From Macrostomum lignano (Eukaryota): 64,000 bases of DNA. The notes under the pieces are model-generated. The model worked only from the letters and a program-made list of their open reading frames with translations, ran no database searches and was not told where the DNA came from. Positions 1 through 11,500 of the stretch are shown piece by piece. The stretch is taken from assembly GCA_002269645.1 (NCBI GenBank), contig NIVC01000733.1, positions 1 to 64,000 on the forward strand, read 5' to 3'. Position 1 is the first letter of the stretch, and each line of letters starts with the position of its first letter. Made by a program: the position numbers and the translations under genes.

Positions 1-1032
1 TGTGTGTAGTAGACTTTATCTCTGCTCTGTTATAGATGCTTTCCAATAGTTTGGAGAGTAGATAAATGTCATCACGATCCAGATCAGCTAAAAAACACAT
101 TTCTCAGGTTCTGTATGTCGCTTATTCCGTGCTTATTTCTTTTGACGGCAAAACATGAAATGATGCTCCTGCTGTTTCTCGTTCATTTCATGAACCTATT
201 TGTTATAATAACTGTGCTGTTAATAACCATAAAACTTATGAGTTGTGTTATGCTGCTAGTTGCAATTAAGCTAAACTACCTTCTGAGTATCAGAACGGAA
301 AACGCAGCAGCAAATTTATTCTTCTAAGACCCTCTGCAGGCGTAAATGCTATAAAAGTTCTGAAGTAGATAAAGGCCTCATTTTTTGTTTACGAACTAGC
401 TAATCGAAAAAAGGAACTTCAGTTTTATAAGTGCAGTAATCTGAAAGAGAACTTCAGCTTTGATGTACGCAGGCTCGCGTTCTTGTCTTCCTCGCTGTTT
501 CGGAGGCCGCCCTGCAGCCAAGTCACGTGCTTAGAGGTACATAGCCGGGGTAAGCAGAAAAATGGACAGGCACGCAAACCCTGTAAAACTGACCCAAAGC
601 TGTATCAGTCCAAAAAGTTAGATTTGCATATATTTTTCACTAGGAACGAACATGTTTTTGTGCGTCGTGTTAGAAGGTACCAACATTTTCCAAGTACATG
701 TACTTAAATACAACTTGATGAAAACATTTAGAAACATGCCTGCCACTTGAGGCATTTTTCTTCGTTTTTATTTAATCTGCAAATCCTAAAAGCTGAAATA
801 AGTTCTTGTACGAGTGATTGTAAGCCCAAAAGTAAGTTTTTTGTATTTTCTATCATTTATGGTTTTACTGGCAATAAAAGCACCAACGATCTAAGCAGTT
901 TATCAACGCCTTCAGCATTCTAGCAGTGTTTTCAAAAGTTTAGAAATAGTTACATTGAAGACAACTACGAGAGCAATACCTTCCAAGTTAATCTATGTTA
1001 TCTACAGTATTTTAGTAGCTTTAGTTCAAAAG

Positions 1033-2606
1033 TATAGCATTTTCCAAGCCAATTGAGCCTACTAGCAAGCAATTTAATCCTTAGTGGGAAAATCAAGCTA
1101 TTGAAGACTTGTTTTTCATTGTCTATGGCCCAAAAGAAGGGTCTGTGGAGCAACCAATTTGAGAATATGGGCGCGCAATTAATCCTTTTCACAGTGCTCG
1201 TATATCTTTCACGAATAACTTCACTGAAATAAGGTCTGCAAATAGATAACATATCAGAAAACGATTGACAGTAGCACTTTGATTTCAGAGAAACCAATCA
1301 AAACAGGCCCGTGATTTCATAGCGACGCCTGATAGAATACACAGCTTTTCTCTTTACGTCCCGCCATGGCGAAATGTGCTCAGCACTATCACCTCTCTCG
1401 ATGGCAGCGACAATCAGGTCGTACTTTTCGTTGCTTATCTTGCGATAAGGGTTCTCGCCCTGTAGGATTCTGCTCATCCACTGCATCTTTGGCTGTAGCA
1501 AAATATACCAATATTGATGGGCTGCAGAGGGCAGAAACGATCTATAACGCCGAGGCGCGTAGCGCCGATCGGAGTGTGTCATGCCGTGAATTTGGCATAA
1601 AGAAACTCAAGGTTTATTTTAACTAGCAAGTAGCTTATTAAATAATGACACGAGCAGGGGCTGAGAGAACACCGAAATAAAGTCACGTGATGATAAATAA
1701 CTACGTACAAGTACATGGCGGCTTAGGGGATGGCCAGTCAGAGCGAAGGGAGAGGAAAGAATGGTGTGCACGTACGATGCACGTACATAGCATAAGTTAG
1801 TTGGTTAGCCAGTGCCTAGAGCTCAGCGCTCCGGCACCACAGAGTGTTAGCTCATTTCTGCCCGATGCGACCCATCCATATTAGTGTTATAGTTAGCGGG
1901 CGTGAAACCGCGTTACACGGGCCGCTGAGACTGTCTATGGTAAAATCCCATTTACTCCAATGCATTCAGTTGGTTTCACGGCCCGCTGAAAATGTCGAAG
2001 GCAAAGTCAGAAGAAAGCGGAGTCAAGGGGGCGCTGAGCCCCCTTGTGAGGGTGGGGGCGGAGCCCCCACATTAGCACACCAGCACACAAGACAAAGAAA
2101 GAAATAATGAAATCCAAAAATTGCCTAAGGCTAAAACTCCTTATTTTGCGAATTGAAAAAATAGTAGCTGATACTAAGAATTATTAAGCAGCGCTAAGCT
2201 TTACTTTTAAAATATACAAGTTGAAGAAACATTAACTAGATACTTATATGCATACGAGATTTTTTACTTATTGAAGTTGGCCATAGATTATTGCAGCGGA
2301 CGGGATGCCGTGCGTTTCACCCCGTTTCAACACGCCTAGGCTAACTATAACTTTCGTCACTGCTCTGCTCGCTAAATTCTTCGTCTGCCATATCTATGTT
2401 TGTCTAATTAAATCTGTTTTCTATGGTCTAAGGCTTGCACAACTGTGGAAAGGATTAATAGCGCGCCCAAATTCCCAAATTGGTTGCTTCATAGACCCCC
2501 CTTTCGGGCCATTGACAATGAAAAGCAAGTCTTCAATATAGCTTGATTTTCCCACTAAGGATAAAATTTCTTGCTCCTAGGCTCAATTGGCTTGAAAAAT
2601 GCTATA
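1033..2606. mobile_element. Putative non-autonomous TIR element: ~165-bp inverted arms (1033-1195 / 2442-2606) around ~1.25 kb of internal sequence
   Basis: The reverse complement of 1033-1195 aligns by eye with 2442-2606 (e.g. GGATTAATxGCGCGCCCAxATT, CTTGATTTTCCCACTAAGGAT, GGCTCAATTGGCTTGxAAAATGCTATA). The outer ends read TA-TAGCATTTT...AAAATGCTA-TA, a possible TA duplication. Superfamily not determined. Confidence 0.55.
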
Positions 2607-4139
2607 TTATATTATCTGAATTTTTGCCATACATATTTTGTGAATCAAGCCTTAGAATATATTCAGTGGTTTAGCAGTTCAGCAGTTATTCGAAGTAATT
2701 GTGTAGAAAGCTTATAAGGAGGGTGGAGAGCAGCTTTATAATAATTGCGTCTTAAGCATTGACTTTCTCCCCAATGAGTCTGGGCACCACAACATTCGTC
2801 ATTGATAACTTGCATGTCTAACATGCCCCCAGGGACTACTAAAACACTGTTCATGGATCGGTAGTAAACAGCTGCAAATATTAATTTGTTTAAATAGATG
2901 TTTTTAGAAGCAAAGTTGCATTGTTAAAGTCTGCTTTAGCTGATAGCACCGATTCCTTAACAGCGCTTGTTTATCAGTTATTGAACTAATCCCTCAGTAT
3001 ATGGCCGCTAATCTGTAAGAGTTCTGTAGTAGTCTCTAAGCAGTTTTTTCACCTATTATTTTGACATAAAACAACTTCAAAAGGTTTTATTTCTAACAAT
3101 TGTGACAGGTCTCTACGTCTTTTCCTAACGATGCCACCAATTTGTTGTAGGGGTCTTTCCTTTCCTAAGAAATTATTCCACAGCTATCACCAAATAGTGA
3201 CAGCTAGGTGTTCTGGTTCTCTCTTTATAATCCCTCAGTTGATATCAATTTGTTATTGGACCGGTGGGGGGGGTTCTTAGCCTTAGGATTGTGGGAAAGA
3301 ATTCTATTTCTAATCTGATTCGAGTGTACTTTATTGATACTCTAGTAGCGTTTATTACAGAATGTCTTACAGGGAGGCAGCACGCCTGATAGACTGGGAG
3401 TCTAGGGGATAGGCAAAACGCCTGGTAGACAGTAAGTTTAGGGAGATAGGCCGAACGCTTAATGGACAGTACGTCTAAAAACTACGCCTAAATCGGACAA
3501 TACGCCCTTGAGGTTGGAAGAAGGCAGAATGCCTGTACTGGGCACTGGGCAGCACGCTCTTGGGGAAGAGAGAGAGAGAGAGACAACACGCCTCTATTGA
3601 ACAGCACTGTTGTACCTTGGGAGAAAGAGGCAAAATCTTCCCAAGTAAGTGATAATGACAAATATGCTATTTTTAGAACAAAAATATCAGACACTCGGAT
3701 CGAGGCAAGTATTAGGCAAGAGCCCAGGAGCAAGAAGTTGGTCTTTCACTTGTGTTTTTCGTCGGTATATTTAATAAGAAAATGAAGATGGCGGTTTCTT
3801 TAAAACAAACTACAGTATTTATACGTGTCTTTTAAATACAATAGGTGCAAAATATCAGTTTTTATCAGTGCGCTAATAAAATATGGTTAGAAAATATATT
3901 TTTTCAAGGAGATAGAAAATAATGCTAACCACCTATATAATCACCTAATCACCTAGTAATCATAGTAATCACCAGAGATCCAAAGCCACTCTGAGTCTAA
4001 GGACCTCGATGACAACATGTACTTTTAAAATTTCACCGATGTTTAGCCGACGTAAAATGACGTTATCCGTCGATGTAACGTGAGAGTGCATATTTTATAC
4101 TCTCGGATTGTTTACAGTCTAGTCGGATTGCTGTACGGG

Positions 4140-4948
4140 TGTGACGTTGCTAGTTTAAAGTGGTCCCGCAAAAGGGCCGTTGGACTACAAATTTCCTTAC
4201 AATTTCTCATTTAATATTCTCCAATCCTGTATTCTCACGTTTACTTGTAGTAGCGCCCAACGAATCTGTATCAATTGCTAAATCACTCCGTACTTTGTAA
4301 GCCTTGTGTACGGCTGTAGGGTCTCGCGCGATCGATAATTTCTGTTTCTTGTTTTTTCCTCGACAGCCAATGATAACTCTCCGCATATATTATGTTAACC
4401 CTCCTGCGCTCCTTTATTAACCCCGCCTAGCGGCGGGCTGGGGTTTTTTTCACTCCCTTCGCCACTTTCGCTCTTTCGCTCTCTCGTTCTCTCGTCCTCG
4501 TGCCTCCTTATCTCTCGCCACGGCTCCACTCCGTCTGGGCCAGACTGTCTACGCACTCTTGCTACACTGTGTACTGCCACGGGCCGACGCCCAATCTCGC
4601 CGCTTTGTTTGTTTGCCTACTTGTTACTCACAGCCATCACTTGCTACTCGGCTCCATCCCAATTATCATCATCTACTCAACTTCCATCTATACGACTAGA
4701 TTACATCAACCCATTGTTGCAGCCGCCAGTGCCCCATAACGTCATAAGCTTCTGTATTAATATTAAACATTGATAATTATAAACCAGTTGGCGTCTTTTG
4801 TTATCTACCGCCATTGCCAAGTGCTACCGCTACAAAATCTACTCTGCCATTGTTGAGTTCACCATCCTTTTTGGGACTAATAACGTCAGCACTCTCGTCA
4901 AACGGCCCTTTTGAGGGCTATAGCCACTACTACGCCAATAACGTGACA
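4140..4948 (+). mobile_element. 809-bp TG..CA element with 4-bp TSD (CGGG); solo Ty3/Gypsy-type LTR or non-autonomous Ginger-like element, copy 1
   Basis: Begins TGTGACGTT and ends AACGTGACA. CGGG flanks both sides (4136-4139, 4949-4952). It has imperfect ~45-bp terminal inverted repeats. A homologous copy lies at 27055-27883, and CCTTTATTAACCCCGCC is conserved in both. Confidence 0.8.
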
Positions 4949-5016
4949 CGGGTATAATGAAATTTGGGATATTGCCTCGCAAAGTAGCGGCCTAACTAAT
5001 TCAGAACAAATGTCAG

Positions 5017-5572
5017 GTATGATCATAGCTATTGGTTTTACTCGGTAGTTCACGCACTTCACGCTCGCACTCGTAATATAGTTTTATGCTTATTTCTCTT
5101 AGATAAGAAGGTGGATAGATCTAAAGATAGTTACCGCGAATTTAAAATAGTTTTACATGTATACGTACAAAAACACCGCTTTTAAGGCTTTGAACTTTCC
5201 GTAACAATGTCCACCAAGCTTGTGTGGTTTTTAATCCGATTCTTCTTATTTTTCTTCCTAGATTCGTCTCCTAAATCCAATGGCATCACATTAATTTCGG
5301 ATTATTCAGTGTTCGAGTGCTGTTGATTGCGACAGTAAAAAAAATTTGTCTGGCTCTCTGACCCTCTTGGTAATCTCTAAATTTGACAAGAGCAAATCTA
5401 ATAATTTGTTATTAGAAATGAGAGCATTTCTCTAAGCACTACGATCGTAGCATAGAACTCAATTTTAAGTACTCGTAATCGACCATTTCCTGAAAAATCT
5501 CAGCACTTGAGACTGTCTAAGTGCTAATAATTAATTCGTGCTAAGTACTTTGAGCTTAATTCTAAATTGCAG
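5017..5572 (+). other. Predicted 5'-UTR intron(s) of the SecA-like gene, with a possible internal UTR exon at 5262-5334
   Basis: Donor CAG|GTATGA at 5017. Strong acceptor TTCTTATTTTTCTTCCTAG ending 5261. Donor ACA|GTAAAA at 5335. Acceptor TTAATTCTAAATTGCAG ending 5572, one base before the ATG at 5574. Confidence 0.5.
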
Positions 5573-5573
5573 A

Positions 5574-8500
5574 ATGGGCAATACTGGAAGCAAACTGAGC
5601 AACAATACTGATGAGCATTGGAGCGTAGCTGCAGAATACAAGGTCGTTGGATGGAGCGCTGGCGATGGCATCATTCATGTGGACCCTTGGAACTCAACAC
5701 ATTATGATTTCAAGGGTTTTCCTGTTAACATCTATTTTAAACACAAGACACACAGTTTATCAGATACGATTAGTGACTCAGATATGAAATCATGGTGCAA
5801 CGGTATCAGAAACAAGGACTGGAAGCTGCATTCACCATCAGAAGGCATCATCCATCTGGAATATAATGGAGGATATGTTGCAAACTACAAATACGAAACC
5901 AGATCGATGTTCGAGGCGAGAATGCACAGAGAACGAGAGCAGAGAATGGAGAGAGAGCGCAGAGGACAAGAGCAGAGAATGGAGAGAGAGCGCCGAGGAC
6001 AAGAGCAGAGAATGGAGAGAGAGCGCAGAGGACAAGAGCAGAGAATGGAGAGAGAGCGCAGAGAAAAAGAGCAGAGAATGGAGAGAGAGCGCAGAGAAAA
6101 AGAGCAGAGAATGGAGAGAGAGCGCCGAGAAAAAGAGCAGAGAATGGAGAGAGAGCGCAGAGAAAAAGTTCAGAGAATGCAAGGGGCGCTACAGCAGCTG
6201 AAGCAGGGTGACAGAGAGCAGTCACTTTTTGATCAAAGGAGGGCGGAACAGCAGATGGCTCGACAAAGTGCGATGCAAACTGAAAACATACAAAAGTGGA
6301 AAAGCTTGAATGCTGAGCGAGACAGGGCTTTGGTGAACTTCAACCATAAAACTAAAGATTTCAGCAGAAGATGCGAGGCGACGAGGCAAGAGAGATCGGC
6401 CAAACACGAGGCGAGTAAAAGGCAAACTGAGAAAGATCGAGCAGAACACTTTGCCAGACTGCAGAAGCAGGCAAGAGACAGAACAGAAAGCGAACAGCTA
6501 TCTTTGGCTGATGAACAGGAGCAGGCAAATGCTATTCGCAAACAGAGACACGATGAGTTTCATCGTCAAAAATTAAAAGTCACCTCAGAAACTAGCGAAA
6601 AATTTAGCAGTCTCAACCAGGAAGCTCAGGAAACAAGAGCTCGTTTGAGAGCTCAGTTTGAAGAGAGAAAAAGTACTTTTCAGGAACAGATGAAGCGAAA
6701 GAAGGAGGAGATGCAGCAGCAAAGCTCGGAGATGCAAGACAGGCTGCAGTTGCAGAAAAATCAGCTGGAAATTGGCAAAGAAGAACTTCACCGCGAAATG
6801 GCTGAAAGGGAGGCTGAGATTGCCCGAAAAATAGAAGAGCAGCGGCGGCATCGAGCGGAGAAGCAACGGGAGTCTGAGAACCTGAAGAAAACAGAGCAGT
6901 TCAAGCGACAAATATTGATAGAGCTGGAGAGAGAGAGAGCCAAAGCTATGCGCAGACAATTTAAGAGTGTTAGCTACTCCATTCAGCACGTTCGTGGGAA
7001 GAGCGCCAAAGGCTATTCTAACCCTGCAGTAAGCGAAGCATCCGAAGTGATGCTCAGAGACCAGCTTGAAGAAAATGTTGAAGATGCTTTGACGAAATTT
7101 CTAGGCAGTCTGTCAGGTGCTATCGAGGATGATTCCAATCAGGAACTGTCAGTAGCAGCTAATGTCAAAACAATTTCTGCAAAGGACGCTTTAGATTTAT
7201 TTAAGCGTGTCTGGAAATCAGAAGGTCATCCATTTGGAAAGCAGCCAACATCTAGCCAATTGTCTCTCCTACAACTATTGGATGAAAAATTCGCTCAACA
7301 GTGTTTAGATGCGGCTAACAAAGTTTTCCGAGAGATCTGCTTTCCGAGTTTAGAACTCGACTTGGTCAGCTATGGTCTGCTGGTTTTTGTCCTGCACAGC
7401 GAAAAATCCCAAGATATCAAGCACGAAGAAGACTTCAGTGCTCTCCGTCAGCAACTCAGCGACACAAGAATTGCACTGGCGCATATGAGAAAGCTCACTA
7501 GTGAAACAGCCTATAATGAGCTCAGTCCTGTCACTGAAAGGCTGCTCCAGCTGCTAGTTGTGGCTGAAGATGTTGTGCGACTTTGGCCGATTCAACAAGA
7601 CCCTGCTGCTGGCTTAAAGAGGCTCAGAGTCGTACTGGCAACGATGCTGAGGCATGCTGGTGTGTCGCAGTATTTGGATGAAAAATCCAACACCGAATGT
7701 GTCGTAGAGCTCATAACATCGATGCAGCATTGGGACCCTGTTAGCATGCTCAAGCTGATGGAATTTATACATACAAGTTGCACTGAGCCCGATCAGGTGA
7801 GAGAATTCGTGAAGATGATGGTGTTGAGCCGCGGCGACCCCAGATCTCTTCCGAGTCCTCGCGAGGCGATTACGGAAACTTATATTGCGAGCCTAAAAAA
7901 AGATCAAGCATCACAGAAAACACTTGACCAGCTTCTCGATGAACTGAAGAAGACAGGGCAGTTCGACGAGGGTCAACTTTCAGAACTTGCTGACGTAGTA
8001 AGAAAAGTTTTCACATATTTTGATTCGTCTGGGTTCGATAAAGCATTGCAGAAACTGAAAATATGGAAACGTGGTAAGGAATCGCCACTGCACAAAATTC
8101 TGATTGATCTCTGTAAGGCAGTGCTGAAATGCAAGGGATATCTCCCAAGACATACACAAGTATTCAGTACTGCAGCCCTCCTAAACGCTTTTAAAAACAA
8201 AACAAGTGGGCAAGTATTACAGATCCTGACTGGTGAAGGTAAATCCTGCATTGTCGCAATGTCTGCTGTAGGATTGGTGCGTCTTGGACAAAAGTCTGTT
8301 GATGTCGTGGCTCCGTCAGAAGTTTTGGCTGCGAGAGACTGTAAGGAATGGAAAGATTTCTATAAAATATGCGATGTTCGAGTTGACTGCAACATTGAGC
8401 ACGAAAATCCTAAAAAATGCTATGAATCGTGCATAGTGTATGGCACAGTCTCTTCTTTCGCGGGCGACACATTGCGGCATGAGTTCCAGTTCAAAGACAT

Positions 8501-11500
8501 CCGCGGCTCACGAGGCTTTGATTCAATAATCGTGGATGAAGTTGACTCTCTGCTGCTGGACCAAGGTGTGCAGCTGACATATCTGGCTCAGGACGCAGGT
8601 GACATGAAAATGCTGGATCCAATTTTCGCTACTATCTTTAGAGCCACTATGGGCTGCCACGTTCTCAACACAGCGCACGGAGGTGAGATGGTGGCAGAGC
8701 AACAAATGACTTTTCTCTACCTCATAAAAGAGTTCGTCTCGTCGGATGAAGAGTTCAGCACTTTGGTCGAGCAACTTGATCTCAAACAGTTAATTAGTTC
8801 AGAGGAGAAACAGAGCTTCTTGGCTCAAAATGCCGAACCAGTGGATTTGTCAAACTTTGATATTAAAAGGACGATTCAGGTTCTTGAAGTTTCTGGAGAA
8901 GTTTTGCAAAATTTTCCATCGTATACAATTTATGCATTTAGAAATGCTGAAATCGAACCAGTGCGGCTTTGCCAAGATAGCTCATTGGATCTTTTAGTCC
9001 AAGATGGTGGAGTCTGCAATTTGCTTTTTGAAAATATCGATGACTTCAAAACACGAAAGAAGGAAGATATCTGGTCGAGAATAGACTACAGTACAACAAT
9101 ACTAGACCCGAAAGACGACACCAAAAAGAAACATGAAGAGGCCCAGCTGCCCATTCCATCGCATTTAAAGCAGTTCATAGATGACATGCTGGATGTCTGG
9201 ATCAACAGTGCCCTCACTGCAGGAGCTCTGCAACCCGGTAGAGACTACCTGCTTCAGGGTGGGGACGCTGTTCCAGTAGACTACAAGCACACAGGAGTGG
9301 TGCAGGAGAACATGAGATGGAGCGATGGGCTGCAGCAGTTTCTGCAGTTAAAACACAGCCTGCAAATGCGGCCTCTAGGATTGGAAACAAACTTCCTGTC
9401 AAACTTGGCCTTCTTCCGTCGATATGGCAAATCCATGTTCGGTGTGTCTGGAACTCTCGGAGAAGAGCATGAGAAAAAGTTCATGCGGGAAACTTACAAA
9501 GTGCAACTGAACTACATTCCTCCGTACAGGGAGCGCCGGCTTGTGGAGAACCCGGGCATTGTGGCAGAAACCAAGTCAGAGTGCATCACGAAAATTTGCC
9601 AACTAGTTACACAGGAGAGAAATCGGCCCAGCTTGATCGTGTGCGAGGATATCAACAGTGCCGACCTCATTTTCGAAGAGGTGGCTCGCCGTTGTCAAGG
9701 AGTCAAGACAAAAAAGTACGTCAAGAATGAGGACACAAAAGATGAACTTCAGGTGGGTCCCGGTGATGTTATTGTGGCCACGAATCTGGCAGGCAGGGGC
9801 ACGGATGTGAAAGTGAGTGACGACGCGGAGACAGCGGGAGGTCTACACGTTCTCGTCACATTCCTGCCCCTGAATCAGCGCGTTGAGGAGCAAGTGTTCG
9901 GCCGCAGTGGTCGCAAGGGCCAGCGGGGTTCAGCGACTTTGCTGCTAAGCAGAGAGGGCCTCAGTGCCTGCTTTTCAGACTGTGACTCTGTCGAAGAAAT
10001 GAAGCAGGTGAGACGAGAGGCCAGCTTGCAGGAACTGAAGAATCATGAGGAGTTCGCGCTGCCGGAAGTTGAGTTCAAGGAGAATCTTTTCAAGTGTATC
10101 AGTCATTTGCTATCGGAGTATTATCATCAGATAAAGAAACCTCCCAGCACTGGTACAGAGCTAGAAAAGCGTTGGTCAGAGACGGACCTAAAATTAAAAA
10201 TGGATCATTTAAAAGAGATTTGGGGCATGCATCTCAAAAAAACACTCTGTCACATTACTGATTTCAGTATAGAGAGAACAGCTCAGTGCATTGGAGAAGT
10301 TGAGAAAATGTTCCAGGAAGCAAAATCTAATGTCGAATCCGAGTGTTCATTGAGTCCTTTTCAGGCACTGAAGTTCGCAGAGAAAAGTGTAAGGCACGAA
10401 GATTTCGAACGAGCCATTGATCTTTACACAAAAGCTATAAATATGAACAGCTCATGGTCGTCTATCGCGTACTACAACAGAGCATACGCAAAAATAATGA
10501 AAGGCAACTGTGATATCAGAGAAGTGATGGATGACTTGGAAGATGCAAAAGCTCGGATTGCAGAAACCTGGCTGGCCCATGCCACGTGGACGGAGCTGTA
10601 CTCTGGCGCAAGAATCCAGCAGGAAAATGCAAGCGATAATGACTGTGAGGAGGAGGCTAAGAAGGAAACACCCAAAGACCAAGCGAATAAACAAGTTAAG
10701 GAAGAAGCCAGCCAAGATGTTCGAAGTGAAACTGCAAACCCTCAGTTCCGTCAATGCATGGCTCGAATAAGGATAATCAGCAATTATAAAACCCAAATAG
10801 AAAAATGCCTGGAAAAGCTGGAAGAGCACAGAAGAGCTGGTGATGAAATCATTGCTGTCAGCACTTGCATTAAGGAGATTGAGAAGGAACCAGACAGCAT
10901 TACACTTGACGAGCTCAAGTCTCTGTACCATCTGGGTCATGTAAGATTTTTTGATGTACAAAAGAAGCCTTCGTATGCGTTAGCAATTTTTGTGGCAATT
11001 TTCGGTGCCTTTGAGATTGCGCTTGGCACTGTGCTGTGTCTTGTTGGCGTGGAGAATGTTGGAATTCATTTTATCAATGAGGGCATTGGTGATATAATGG
11101 CAGGTTTCGTGGGGATGATTCAGGGTGATTTTGATCTAAAATCCTGGCTAAAAAATAAAGCCAAGAATATTGGTGTCAGCCTACTGACTTTTGGATTTGG
11201 AAAAGTCGTCAGCTATCTAAAATCTTCGCAGAAATTCGAAGCTGTTGCGCAAAACGTTAATGCAGCTGGGAGTAAATTCTACACGAAAACCGCGGCAGTA
11301 CTGAACAAAGTGACTGGACAAAAAGCTGTTAAGTTTATTAAGAACATAATGAGCAATCCAATTGTACAGAAAGTGACCGATTACGCGATAAGTGCAGCTC
11401 AAAGGAAACTGCTTGATAAGTTAATTGAAAAGTTAAAGCAAGGCGTCCAAGACGACGTTAAAGAGAAGTGTTCCTCTGAGGCTGAAAGTGGAAAACTTCA

